Notes under the pieces: generated by a model
What the model saw: only the letters and a program-made list of their open reading frames with translations
Databases searched by the model: none
What the model was told of the DNA's origin: nothing
Program-made: the position numbers and the translations under genes
NCBI GenBank assembly: GCA_041499075.1
Contig: JBGQJN010000002.1
Coordinates: 1-51,940, forward strand
Direction: 5' to 3'
DNA length: 51,940 nt
DNA from: Minisyncoccia bacterium
GTDB taxonomy: Bacteria; Patescibacteriota; Minisyncoccia; 2-02-FULL-40-12; IGHO2-01-FULL-4-A
In this document: in pieces, positions 33,282 through 43,578 of the stretch
Position numbering within the stretch: position 1 is the stretch's first letter
Layout: every line of letters begins with the position of its first letter

Positions 33282-36200
33282 CTAATTCCACAAAACCTGA
33301 GCGGCGGCGGCGCCTGTGGCTTGATAGTAATCAACTCTGATGGAGTGATTGCCGGCTGAAAGCTGTCTGGAAAAGTTATAAGTATTTTTCTTTTGGTCAA
33401 ACCACTTATTCAAAACCAGAACGCCATCTATCCAAATTCTCATGCCGTCATCAGTCGTGGCAGTAAACGTATGCCTGCCGGAGGCACTGAAGCTTAAGGT
33501 GTTGGTCCAGCGCACGGCGTAAAAAGTAGATCTTAAATTCGGACTTGGTGACGTGCCCGTCCAGTCAAAATTGATTGCTTGATCGGGGCGAGAGAATATT
33601 AAGGAACCGAATTTCCTGGTGCTAGTCAGCCTATAATACTTACCGGTAAATGGACCGTTGACAACTGAACTTGGAACCGGCGTCTGGCTAATGCCCGGGG
33701 TGACTGAACTGGAACCAAAATTGAATACTACTGGTGTAAGATTAAGTAAGAAAGTGGGAGTATTATTACTATCATCGGCATAAATGTACAAAGTGTGATT
33801 TTTGCCATCTTGGTATTGAGCCGGTATAATCCATGTAAAACCATGGTTACCAAAAGTATTTAGAAGTTGATTAACGTCAGTTCTCAGATTTGCAGTGAGT
33901 ATGGTGACTACAGCTCCTCCGTGACCGGCAGTACTATCAATATAGAAGCTCACCGGAATGGATGTAGCCGGGTTATTGTAATCAGCTGCCCAGCCGCCAA
34001 CCGTTCCATCGGGATTAACATAGTTAAGATAGCCGGTGAAATTAGACGGGACTGACGGTGTTGGAGTAACCGTGGCAGTCGGTACGCACACGCCATTTAC
34101 ACAGCTGTCACCCACGATACAGGCAAACGGACAAACAATAGGCGGAGTAGGTATTGGCGTAGACATTGGAGTTGGGGCCAGAACACTGCCTAAAGTAAAT
34201 GACTGCGGCGTTAACTTTACCAAGAATACTGGGACGTTACTGCTATCAGCATAAATATACATGGTGTGACTGTGGCCGTCTTGGTACTGGACTGGCATGT
34301 ACCAGTCAAAGCCGTGGTTGCCGGTGGCATTCGTAAATAGATCGTTTACATCTTGGCGGAAAGCGTTGGTGGCTATAGTCGCAACCGGACTACCACCGCT
34401 ACCGGGGGTGTTATCAATGTAGAAGCTTACCGGTATAGGAGTACTTGGGTTATTGGCATCAATAGCCCAGCCGATTACTTCTCCCTTTTGACTAATGACA
34501 TCCAGCCAGCCGTCAAATTGAGAATTAGGATTTGTAATGGGAGTAGGAGTCGTGGCAGGGGTAGGTATAGGTATGGGGGTGGGAGTTTTGCTCAAGGTTG
34601 GAATCGGGGTATTACTGGGGATGGGTGTCGGAGTAGGGGTATTTAATATTGTTGTAAATGAAACCAATGAGCTTGTAACCAGGTTATTTGAAGCATTTTT
34701 TGATTTTATGTTGAATGGATAAGTTATTGCCGGCGATAAGTTAAAGATATTGATAATATGGTTGGTAGAAAGTGAAGTAACTATTGGCGTAGAACAACCT
34801 GAGGATGGACACGGATTCAAGAAGACGACCTGTCCATCAGTCGGCATGTTGGTGGCCCAATTAATGTCAGCTGAAAATTGACCGATGTTGGTAACTGAGA
34901 TATTTGAAATAACGGGTAATGCTGTTGGAGTTGGTATCACGCTCGGAATCGGCGTAGGTATTGGTGTCGGCGTTGATGTAACAGATGTAACCAAGGCCAT
35001 GACTTGATTTGCCACCGAGCCGAGGTTATTGGTAACCGTCAGAGTATAGATCGTAGTTTGAGTGGGGTTAACATTAATATTGCCGGTGGCACCACTTATG
35101 TTGCCAACAGTTGGACTGATGCTTAAAGCAGTAGCATTAGAAGAAACCCAGGACAGATTAACTAAATTACTGCTACCTACAACATTCGGTGCAGCATTAA
35201 GACTGGTGATTATCGGCGGTGGGGAGACGCCAGGACTTGGCATTGGTATTGGCGCAGGTGTAGGTGTCGGAATGGCTGAGGTGCCGGTAAAAAATTCTCC
35301 CATATCCAAAGCACTAGCCGCTGCTCCGGGAAAACCGCTCAAACCCAAGGTTTGCATAGAGAGTCGCAGGGTTGCAGCGTGACTGACGAAGTTAGTGCCG
35401 GATTGGTAGCCGTGTTTTACTTGGTTGCCTACGGCAATCCAAGGAACTTTATTGCCTCCGCCTCCAGCATCTTCGTCAAAAGTAATTATCAGCAGTCCGT
35501 TCTGCATAAATGAGGAGTTTTTAACCAGAGGATCGATGTTGGTCTTAAGCCAGTTGTCGGCGGTCTGGGTTGAACAATCGTGAGCATCGTTACATAGGTT
35601 CGGGACAATGAAAGAATAAGCAGGCAAATTGTTATTGGCTAGGTCGGTAGAAAATTGAGTAAAAGGTACTAGATTTTGTTCTTGCGCGGTACTGTTCTGC
35701 ACGTCAGTAAGATACGGGAACGGGTTATGCCTGACGGCGTAGTTGCCGCTGTCTCCGCCAATATAACCGGCCGACGGCAGATCTTCGGCATAAGATTTCC
35801 AGGTCTTGCCGGCGGCTATCAGATGCCGGACAACATTATCAACCGAGACCGGAAAAGTTGATGGATCTTGATTGTCGTCATTGGTCAGAATCTGGCCGGT
35901 TGCAAGCATTAAATAGTTGCCGATGGAAGGATGCGTATTGGCGTGATAGTTGGTGGCCAGGGCATAAGTGTTCGCTAAACTATTGAAATAAGGCATCGAG
36001 GAATTGCCAATGACACTGGAATAATCGGTATTTTCCTCCAAGACGATGACGACGTGACTGAGCTGGGGAACGCTACCGGAAGGAATAGATGTCGGTGCGG
36101 GAGTAGGTACAGGGATGACGCTGGCAGATGAACTGACGACGACTAGTAAGGATTTACTTATTGTACCAAGGCCGTTAGTTATCGTTAGTACATAAGTTGT

Positions 36201-37991
36201 ATTTTGGCCGAGAGTAACTGCGGTTGAACCGGAGGCCGAAACAGTACCTACATTAGGACTGATTGTCACTGTGCCGGCATTAGTCACAGACCAAGAGAGA
36301 GTTGTTGATCCGCCGGTAGCTATGACCGCCGGTGAGGCAGCAAAAGAATTTATAACCGGTATAAAAGTACTTGGAGTGTTGGATGTTGTCGGAGTTGGTG
36401 CGGGAGTCGGTATTGGTGTCGGAGTAAAGCTGGGAGTTGCTGTGGGTATAGGTGCGGGTGTGGAAGAAACTACCCCACCGAATTCGTAGGCACCCATATC
36501 CGGAGCCGATCCTTGAGGTACTGAAGCGCCATTGAAATCCAAAGAAAGTCCGATGTTAGCCCCGGTATTTATAGCCGGGGAGTTGCTATTCAACTGAAAA
36601 TTAGCAGAGCCTGGGTTAATAAATCTGGGATCAGAGTCTACTGAGTTGGCATCTTGAGAGGTTGCGCTTTTCCAGCCGGCCAGATTGTAGTTACTATTGC
36701 CCCATTGCAGATTAGAAGCACCATTTACGAACCAATCATTGTTATTAGAGACAAAACCTTGGGTGGAGCCCGATTCCACGCTTACTGCCGTACCGCAGGA
36801 TGAAGTAATATTATTTTTTAGCGTTACATTGACCGCATTGCTGGTGACGGCGATACAATTACTGGAATTATAAATTGTATTGTTGTAAATAGTAACATTC
36901 TGCGGGCTGCTGGTATTACCACCACCCAAGAGCCAGATTCCATTTCCTTCGCCGTAGATGACATTATAGTAAATTTTAACGTTGGTTGTGCCGTCTAGTT
37001 CTATGCCGCCTAAGCCGGAGCCATTGTTGTGAACTAGGTTATATCTGACAATGGTGCCGTTGGTCGTACCTTCTATAGAAATACCATGTGTGCCATTATT
37101 ATAGCTGACATTATTCTCAACTAGGTTACCTAGGCCGGTGAAATCTACGTCAAAACCGAAGTCGCTGTTACTATAGGCAGTATTTCTGTAAAATCGGTTG
37201 TTTTGAGTGTTGGATTCTGTCCCGCCACCGCCGTACATCTTGAGACCGTAATAATTATTATGACTAACCACTCCGGTTGCCAGATTACCGGACGAATCAA
37301 ACTCAACGCCAGAAGCGTATTGGCCGGTATTATTGTAGTAGACGCCGCCGGTTACGGTGTTGTTGTTGGCCCCGGGATTAAATTGCATGCCGCCATTCGG
37401 GTTATCGTGCGAACTACTGTTATTAACTTGGTTATTGGTTGTTCCGTTATCTTCAATCCATATTCCCCAATCGCCGTTGAAACCTGAATCAACCGTATCA
37501 AGGATGTTATTGGCAGAACCACCTTGAAGAACAATACCAAAACTGCTGGAATGACTGACGTTTATATTGCGAACGATAAGCCAGCTTTTATTGGAAATAA
37601 CTATGCCATTACCGCTGACCTGAGTAATAAGTGGGTTGTTACCCGTGCTGTAAGCGTCAAAAATGATTGGATTGCCGGCTAAACCTGAATTGGGAACATT
37701 TAATCCTTGACCAGACCAAGTATCGCCGCGCTTAAGAAGTATCTGATCGCCGGCAACGAAACTGGAGCCGTTTATCTTATTTATGCTTTGCCAAGGGCTG
37801 GTTGACGAAGTGCCGTTATTAGCATCATTGCCGCTGACATTATCAACATAAAAAATAGCCGGTCCGCGAGCACTGGCCATAGAAACCTTGAATACACTGC
37901 CGGCGATCAACGAACCGGTGAGTAGTAATCCACCCAGTAAAATTATCAGGTAAATTATTGACTTTGGGCGGTTTTGACGATAAGTAATCAT
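33282..37991 (-). CDS. Giant surface protein (1569 aa): right-handed beta-helix, Ig/FN3-like modules, phosphoesterase (PLC/AcpA-type) domain, two beta-sandwich repeats, C-terminal PA14 domain
   Basis: Uninterrupted ORF with N-terminal anchor. PbH1-like NN..G repeats. HVVIVLEENTDYSSVIGN...HPSIGNYLMLATGQ phosphoesterase signature. PT linkers. PA14-like GRHTFTATTDDGMRIWIDGVLVLNKW at the C-terminus. Confidence 0.85.
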   Translation of the reverse strand: MITYRQNRPKSIIYLIILLGGLLLTGSLIAGSVFKVSMASARGPAIFYVDNVSGNDANNGTSSTSPWQSINKINGSSFVAGDQILLKRGDTWSGQGLNVPNSGLAGNPIIFDAYSTGNNPLITQVSGNGIVISNKSWLIVRNINVSHSSSFGIVLQGGSANNILDTVDSGFNGDWGIWIEDNGTTNNQVNNSSSHDNPNGGMQFNPGANNNTVTGGVYYNNTGQYASGVEFDSSGNLATGVVSHNNYYGLKMYGGGGTESNTQNNRFYRNTAYSNSDFGFDVDFTGLGNLVENNVSYNNGTHGISIEGTTNGTIVRYNLVHNNGSGLGGIELDGTTNVKIYYNVIYGEGNGIWLLGGGNTSSPQNVTIYNNTIYNSSNCIAVTSNAVNVTLKNNITSSCGTAVSVESGSTQGFVSNNNDWFVNGASNLQWGNSNYNLAGWKSATSQDANSVDSDPRFINPGSANFQLNSNSPAINTGANIGLSLDFNGASVPQGSAPDMGAYEFGGVVSSTPAPIPTATPSFTPTPIPTPAPTPTTSNTPSTFIPVINSFAASPAVIATGGSTTLSWSVTNAGTVTISPNVGTVSASGSTAVTLGQNTTYVLTITNGLGTISKSLLVVVSSSASVIPVPTPAPTSIPSGSVPQLSHVVIVLEENTDYSSVIGNSSMPYFNSLANTYALATNYHANTHPSIGNYLMLATGQILTNDDNQDPSTFPVSVDNVVRHLIAAGKTWKSYAEDLPSAGYIGGDSGNYAVRHNPFPYLTDVQNSTAQEQNLVPFTQFSTDLANNNLPAYSFIVPNLCNDAHDCSTQTADNWLKTNIDPLVKNSSFMQNGLLIITFDEDAGGGGNKVPWIAVGNQVKHGYQSGTNFVSHAATLRLSMQTLGLSGFPGAAASALDMGEFFTGTSAIPTPTPAPIPMPSPGVSPPPIITSLNAAPNVVGSSNLVNLSWVSSNATALSISPTVGNISGATGNINVNPTQTTIYTLTVTNNLGSVANQVMALVTSVTSTPTPIPTPIPSVIPTPTALPVISNISVTNIGQFSADINWATNMPTDGQVVFLNPCPSSGCSTPIVTSLSTNHIINIFNLSPAITYPFNIKSKNASNNLVTSSLVSFTTILNTPTPTPIPSNTPIPTLSKTPTPIPIPTPATTPTPITNPNSQFDGWLDVISQKGEVIGWAIDANNPSTPIPVSFYIDNTPGSGGSPVATIATNAFRQDVNDLFTNATGNHGFDWYMPVQYQDGHSHTMYIYADSSNVPVFLVKLTPQSFTLGSVLAPTPMSTPIPTPPIVCPFACIVGDSCVNGVCVPTATVTPTPSVPSNFTGYLNYVNPDGTVGGWAADYNNPATSIPVSFYIDSTAGHGGAVVTILTANLRTDVNQLLNTFGNHGFTWIIPAQYQDGKNHTLYIYADDSNNTPTFLLNLTPVVFNFGSSSVTPGISQTPVPSSVVNGPFTGKYYRLTSTRKFGSLIFSRPDQAINFDWTGTSPSPNLRSTFYAVRWTNTLSFSASGRHTFTATTDDGMRIWIDGVLVLNKWFDQKKNTYNFSRQLSAGNHSIRVDYYQATGAAAAQVLWN

Positions 37992-38194
37992 TTTTATTTA
38001 ATGGCATCTTCCCTATTGATATCAAATCTTTTATTTTATGACACTAAAATCGTAATATTTTTAGCACTTTAATTATATATCAGTGGAGACCGTTGGAGAA
38101 ATAACTTATGCACATTCTGGCACAGGGTAAACCATATTTTAGAGGTGGATAAAGGCTATTTATATTTGTCCAGAGATCTATTAAGGTTATATTT

Positions 38195-39406
38195 ATGAAA
38201 AAAGTTTCTATCTTGCTAGCTATTTCTGCAATTTTAGTTTTCAATACAGGATTAGCTACGGCTCGCGATCATGATGGCAGATGGGGTGATATCAGTTTCG
38301 GCCATGATCGCCATGCCGCTGTTTGTGTGAAAGATGGCCAGGATTCGGCGTATTGTAATGCCCGCGTAATCCTAGACGCCAATGGCCAGCCGCATAGTAA
38401 TCTAGTACCAAGTGGTTACGGGCCGGCACAGTTTCATGCCGCTTACTCCGCTCAAACGGCGGCTACATCCAATCAGATCATTGCCATTGTTGATGCCTAC
38501 GATGACCCCAATATACTTAAAGATTTAAACACTTATAGTTCTCAATTTGGCATACCCACTATGTTAAACTGTAGCCAACCTATCAAAAACTCATCCACGC
38601 CATGTTTTCAAAAAGTTAATCAAACCGGCGGTACCAATTATCCCTACTCGAATTCCGGCTGGGCATTGGAAATCTCACTTGATGTAGAAGTCGCCCACGC
38701 CATGTGCCAAAATTGCCGAATTTTATTAGTTGAAGCGAATTCTAGCAGTTATAGCAATCTGCTAGCGGCAGAGGATGAAGCTGCTAAACTTGGAGCAACG
38801 GTTATTTCAAACTCCTGGGGTAGTAATGAATTTTCAAGTGAAATTACGGCGGCTTATGACAATCATTTTAACAAGCCTGGTATAGCCATTACTTTCAGCT
38901 CCGGCGATAGCGGCTACGGTGCTGAATACCCCGCTGCATCATCATATGTTACGGCCGTCGGCGGTACGACTTTGCTTTTGAATCCAGACGGCAGTTATGC
39001 TACCGAAACGGCATGGTCGGGTAGTGGCAGTGGCTGTAGTCTCTATGAGGCTAAACCTGGCTGGCAGAGCGATACTCTTTGCGCCAAACGAACTGTCGCC
39101 GATGTTTCAGCAGATGCCGATCCCAATAGTGGCGCGGCAGTGTATGATAGTGTCAAATATGCCGGTCAATCCGGTTGGTTCAAAGTCGGCGGCACGAGTT
39201 TATCTTCGCCTTTGATAGCCGGAGTTTATGCTCTGGCCGGTGGCAGTTTTAGTCCCTCCCTACCTTATACATCTGGCAATCCTGGCAATTTGCGCGACAT
39301 TATAAATGGTAGTAATGGCAATTGTAACAACTATCTCTGTACTGCCGGCGTGGGCTATGATGGTCCTACAGGTTTGGGATCGCCTAATGGTGTCACAGCG
39401 TTTTAA
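38195..39406 (+). CDS. Secreted sedolisin-like serine peptidase (S53 family)
   Basis: Signal peptide, IAIVDAYDDPN, FSSGDSGYG and VGGTSLSSPLIAGVYAL motifs. Confidence 0.75.
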   Translation: MKKVSILLAISAILVFNTGLATARDHDGRWGDISFGHDRHAAVCVKDGQDSAYCNARVILDANGQPHSNLVPSGYGPAQFHAAYSAQTAATSNQIIAIVDAYDDPNILKDLNTYSSQFGIPTMLNCSQPIKNSSTPCFQKVNQTGGTNYPYSNSGWALEISLDVEVAHAMCQNCRILLVEANSSSYSNLLAAEDEAAKLGATVISNSWGSNEFSSEITAAYDNHFNKPGIAITFSSGDSGYGAEYPAASSYVTAVGGTTLLLNPDGSYATETAWSGSGSGCSLYEAKPGWQSDTLCAKRTVADVSADADPNSGAAVYDSVKYAGQSGWFKVGGTSLSSPLIAGVYALAGGSFSPSLPYTSGNPGNLRDIINGSNGNCNNYLCTAGVGYDGPTGLGSPNGVTAF

Positions 39407-39444
39407 GCCAGTTTTCCTACATATTAAATTTTGAAAACAAAAAA

Positions 39445-39462
39445 GCCCGCTTGCCAGCGGGC
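39445..39462. terminator. Bidirectional terminator hairpin between convergent genes
   Basis: AAAAAA-GCCCGC-TTGCCA-GCGGGC-CCTTGTTTT. Confidence 0.6.
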
Positions 39463-39469
39463 CCTTGTT

Positions 39470-41551
39470 TTAATAGGTAAATATTTGCATGCCGGTGGTG
39501 GGAGTCCATAGGATATAGCCACCTTCAAAATCACAGCGGATTCCGTTTTGCGATAAATGGTCGTCACTTTTTGGAAAACCGAGCTTTCCTCCACTGCCGC
39601 CTTCGGCCTGGTAACTATCGGCAATGAGTTTGCCAATACCCGAATATATTCCCAGGTTTTGGTTCATGCCTATGACATAAGTCTTGTTTTCCTCTCTGAT
39701 CCAATAAATCGCTCCGCCCTCAAAAAAACTGAATCTGCCGCCATAGCCCGAGATCTTTGATTTTGGGGCATTCTTTTCATCGTCAATGGGTAATCCCAAA
39801 GTTCCAGATGCATATCGCAAACTTTTGTCTGACCAACGACTAAAAATAGCGCCCTTGATCTCAAAAACCTCACCGGTGTAAAGCCCGGTTTGATGCAATT
39901 CCAGTGCGCCATTTTCAAAATTTTGGAATTTGAATTTGGTACCGAAATAAGAAATTTCGGGGTTGACTGACGTATCCGATATCGGAAAGCCCAACCCTGA
40001 ATTAGAAATATCAATCGGAGAGTAGCCCCATAAATAAGGTAATTGCATAGGCATTCTGGCCGGTGCGAGGATCCTGAATTTCGCTAAAAACGGGTTTAAT
40101 ATTCCAGATGCCTTATCCGCCAGGTTAGATCGGCTGACCGGAGAATGATAATATACTTCGCCATTTTCAAAAGCTTGATACCCCAGGGACTCACCGTCGG
40201 CTGATTGAATATCGGTGAAAGTAATTCCTATTGTCTCGCCGAGCATTACTTGTCCACCGTTATCTTGGTAGAATTTCTCAAATGTCGGCGATATTAAGTC
40301 ATGATAGGAATTATAACCTATTGGGAATTTACTCCAATAAGACCGATTAGCCGGAATGAATACTGCCGGATCATGCCACTGTTGCCTATTGCCGTTGAGC
40401 GTACGATAACCGACCCATTGGCTTTTATCATAAGCGATTGACGAGTCGGCTATTATCTCAAAATGTAAATGCGACGCCACACCCAGTGGACCAGGTCCGA
40501 TATAACCGATTAGCTGTCCTTTTTCCACTTCAACTAAATTCTCAGGACTGCTCTGCCTTAAAACCTCGGCTACGGTTCTGATGCGGCTACCATCGCCATT
40601 TGTTTTACCGTTACCGGCTATGCCGTTGCGTATTGCTTTGGGATCTATGTTCAGGTGGCCGTATAGAGAAAATATTTCTTCGCCGTTTGGCGGACGATGC
40701 CTCAAAACCACGATACCATTCCAACCGGGACCGGCATCGTCGGCAAAAATGACTTCACCGCGCGAAACCGCAAATACCGGATGGCCGAGATCAGAATTCA
40801 AGCCATCTATATCATTCCAGTCTTGGCCTAAATGAGAACAAGGCGTCTTCCCTTCCGGATAATTTTTACAATCTTGGAATCCCTGGTCTATCCGCCAGCC
40901 AGCCGAAACATCGAATGTCTCAATATCAGCCGGATATCTTGGGTTTACCGGGTAGTTAAAACCATCCGAGGTGTAGAAATGGATTGCTTTACCAAGAGCT
41001 TGATTTGAATCCCAGCTTATCAAATCTTCCCAGCAAGCATCCTGATAATAATTGATAGTTTTGGCGTATAGCGTTCCGCTTGCCGATCTATAGATCATTA
41101 AGTCATCCGATCTGACATCAGCCGGCTCTGTTGGCGAGATGCTACTCACGACTGCAATTATCCTGGCTTGAGTATCCCGGCCTCTTGGGTGACGATTTGA
41201 GTTGATGATAGAAAGGCGGGATTTGAAATCTGCCTCGACTTGAGCAGTCATCCTGTTGTCGTAAAATACAAGATAGTCAGCGCTGGCAACGTTTGGCAAT
41301 TCATAGCGTGCGATCAGTGTAATGCCATAATCTTTTGGGACTGTATCCAGAACAGCTCTTTGTATTTCCGGAGCGAGATTGCTAAAAGTTACCGGCGACC
41401 ATGCTAATTTTGTATCACCGACGGCAACCGGCCGCGGCAAGGGACAACGTCTATCTGCCTTGGCGTTCTTGATCGTCAGACTTGCCTGAAAAAGAAGTAA
41501 AAGAGAATAAAATAAGCCATTTTTGACGAGATATCTATATCTCATAGTCAT
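39470..41551 (-). CDS. M23 family metallopeptidase with C-terminal LGFP-type repeats
   Basis: HLGQDWN..., GWNGIVVLRH, SLYGHL and ASHLHFEI (LytM/M23 motifs). C-terminal repeats LGFPISD, LGLPIDD and LGFPKSD. Confidence 0.8.
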   Translation of the reverse strand: MTMRYRYLVKNGLFYSLLLLFQASLTIKNAKADRRCPLPRPVAVGDTKLAWSPVTFSNLAPEIQRAVLDTVPKDYGITLIARYELPNVASADYLVFYDNRMTAQVEADFKSRLSIINSNRHPRGRDTQARIIAVVSSISPTEPADVRSDDLMIYRSASGTLYAKTINYYQDACWEDLISWDSNQALGKAIHFYTSDGFNYPVNPRYPADIETFDVSAGWRIDQGFQDCKNYPEGKTPCSHLGQDWNDIDGLNSDLGHPVFAVSRGEVIFADDAGPGWNGIVVLRHRPPNGEEIFSLYGHLNIDPKAIRNGIAGNGKTNGDGSRIRTVAEVLRQSSPENLVEVEKGQLIGYIGPGPLGVASHLHFEIIADSSIAYDKSQWVGYRTLNGNRQQWHDPAVFIPANRSYWSKFPIGYNSYHDLISPTFEKFYQDNGGQVMLGETIGITFTDIQSADGESLGYQAFENGEVYYHSPVSRSNLADKASGILNPFLAKFRILAPARMPMQLPYLWGYSPIDISNSGLGFPISDTSVNPEISYFGTKFKFQNFENGALELHQTGLYTGEVFEIKGAIFSRWSDKSLRYASGTLGLPIDDEKNAPKSKISGYGGRFSFFEGGAIYWIREENKTYVIGMNQNLGIYSGIGKLIADSYQAEGGSGGKLGFPKSDDHLSQNGIRCDFEGGYILWTPTTGMQIFTY

Positions 41552-41621
41552 CCTCCAAATTTTTAAGCAACCACCTAAGTTTTATCAGAAGTCCAAAAAA
41601 AGTCAAGTTTCCCCACTATCT

Positions 41622-42977
41622 CTATGGTACATATTCTGGCAGTTGGGATAGTTCCAGATGATTAGGATTTTGATTACTGGAGACTAAGCCCTGGCCTAAG
41701 AATATCCCCTGGAATGTATATTTTTTATTGGGTTCCACAATAATAATACCTAAACCGGTTATTGGCAGATCATATTGTGATATCGATCCGGCTGGTTCAT
41801 CGGAAACGATGATATAGCCAGATTCACTTTTTAGTAAGTAGCCTTGGATTTTAACCTCTGTGCCGATGAAATTCTGTGCAGAGCGGGTGATCTGACCGAC
41901 TGTATGTGTGGGTATGATCACAGCCGGACGCTTGATGATGTCCACCCCATCAGGGATACTTAACTGCCCAGGTAAACTGCCTGGTTTGCCGGTAACGCCG
42001 TATTGCCAGACAATTTTTTTGCTATTTTTGTCAATAACTATGATCCTGTGATTCAAATCGTCGTTGGCCAGGATATTACCGTTGGGCAGTTCTATGGCCA
42101 AGGAAGGACTATTCAATTTGCCCGGGCCATCTTTGACATAGTATTGCCAGACTATGTTGCCGCTTCTGGTTATCTCAATAATTTTACCCGGGTTGCTATA
42201 ATCAGAAATTAAAATATTACCCGCCAGTGTTGGTTGAGGATCGGAAGGATACTTAAGCGGCACTTTGAGATCAAGAACCTGTTTCCAATTTTGATTAAGC
42301 TCGACAACGCTATTGCTGTTAATATTACTGATCAAAATATGTCCATTGGCTAAAGGAGTATCACCATTGGGCTTATTCAGGTAGCCGGTAGAGTTCTTGC
42401 AAACGCCGGTTACGCCATACTGGCGGACGATATTTTTATCGGGAGAAATCTCAATGACCCGGCAATTTTTGATATCGGCATTGATAACATCACCATTAGA
42501 TAATTTGTAGGCATCATCAGGCCTGTCTAGATAGCCCGGATTGGAACCAGGAATACCCGGTACCCCATAGCTCCAGATAACTTTTTTACTTTGGTAATCA
42601 ATCTGCTCAATAATATGATAGAGTTCCAGGTTTACTATTATGGTATTACCGTTATCGGTAAAAAATGCGTCATCAGCTCCCAGGCCCGGTTTAGATAAAT
42701 TAAAACTATACTGCCAGACTATTTTCTTATCAGGAGTAACTTCTATAAGCCGGTTATTGCCTCTATCCGCTATCAAAACATTATAACCCTCCAGAGCATC
42801 CGGATTATTGGCTTCGTTTAGGACCTCATTGGTAGATGCCGAAATCGGGGTTGGTATCACGACATCATCAGGATCAATGTCATTATCATCCGGCCTACGA
42901 GTAAAAACTACAAAAAAGAGTAAGACAACGAAGACGACAACTATTGCGAATATTTTTCTTTTTAAATTTTTTTTCAT
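41622..42977 (-). CDS. Membrane-anchored beta-propeller repeat protein (ASST/NHL-like)
   Basis: N-terminal TM helix. Repeated ..NR(L/I)IE(V/I)..D.KIVWQYG..G.PG units. Confidence 0.5.
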   Translation of the reverse strand: MKKNLKRKIFAIVVVFVVLLFFVVFTRRPDDNDIDPDDVVIPTPISASTNEVLNEANNPDALEGYNVLIADRGNNRLIEVTPDKKIVWQYSFNLSKPGLGADDAFFTDNGNTIIVNLELYHIIEQIDYQSKKVIWSYGVPGIPGSNPGYLDRPDDAYKLSNGDVINADIKNCRVIEISPDKNIVRQYGVTGVCKNSTGYLNKPNGDTPLANGHILISNINSNSVVELNQNWKQVLDLKVPLKYPSDPQPTLAGNILISDYSNPGKIIEITRSGNIVWQYYVKDGPGKLNSPSLAIELPNGNILANDDLNHRIIVIDKNSKKIVWQYGVTGKPGSLPGQLSIPDGVDIIKRPAVIIPTHTVGQITRSAQNFIGTEVKIQGYLLKSESGYIIVSDEPAGSISQYDLPITGLGIIIVEPNKKYTFQGIFLGQGLVSSNQNPNHLELSQLPEYVP

Positions 42978-42983
42978 TCATGC

Positions 42984-43574
42984 TTATGCAATCTTTTTGT
43001 AAGCGTTCATGCCTAGGATAGATCCGATTATCGGCGCCAGAAGGTAGGTCAGGTTAAATGAGCCGATACCGAAGGCAACGGCTGGATTGAGCACTCCATT
43101 TGAACCTATGAGCGCTGCCAAGGTAATGCCCAAAAGAAGTGAACCGCCAACCACCACCCCGCTCATATGGCTGTCGGCATGGCCGTAGACTACAGACGCA
43201 ATTCCAAAGGTAAAGAAAAATGTGCCCAGTAATTCTGCCAAGCCGACTCGCATTGAGTCTGTGGCCGTCAGATAATAAACCATGTTGGCGCCAAAGGCCA
43301 GATGTATAGTCCACATTGCCAGAGCCGCGCCGATAAACTGTGCCACAATGTATGCGATAGCATCACTAAACTTAATCTTGCCGATAGAAAATATACCTAT
43401 GGTAACTGCCGGGTTAATGTGCGCACCGGAAATATGGCCGACAGAATAAACAAAAAGCCCCAGTGTCAGTGCCGCCAGAACTGGTGTCGGAACAGGAAAA
43501 GAACCCGAAAGCGATCCGATGACCACTGCAGTGAGAGCAAAGGTGCCTATCAATTCTGCGATGTATTTTTTCAT
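42984..43574 (-). CDS. Aquaporin / MIP-family channel
   Basis: Two NPA boxes (HISGAHINPAVT and GVLNPAVAFG) and six hydrophobic helices. Confidence 0.85.
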   Translation of the reverse strand: MKKYIAELIGTFALTAVVIGSLSGSFPVPTPVLAALTLGLFVYSVGHISGAHINPAVTIGIFSIGKIKFSDAIAYIVAQFIGAALAMWTIHLAFGANMVYYLTATDSMRVGLAELLGTFFFTFGIASVVYGHADSHMSGVVVGGSLLLGITLAALIGSNGVLNPAVAFGIGSFNLTYLLAPIIGSILGMNAYKKIA

Positions 43575-43578
43575 AGAT

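Noticed and set aside
33167-33400. 77-aa - strand ORF bridging the znuA-like gene and the giant gene
   Set aside because: It overlaps the PA14-encoding 3' end of the 1569-aa ORF in another frame. The znuA-like start at 33170, with its signal peptide, is sufficient.
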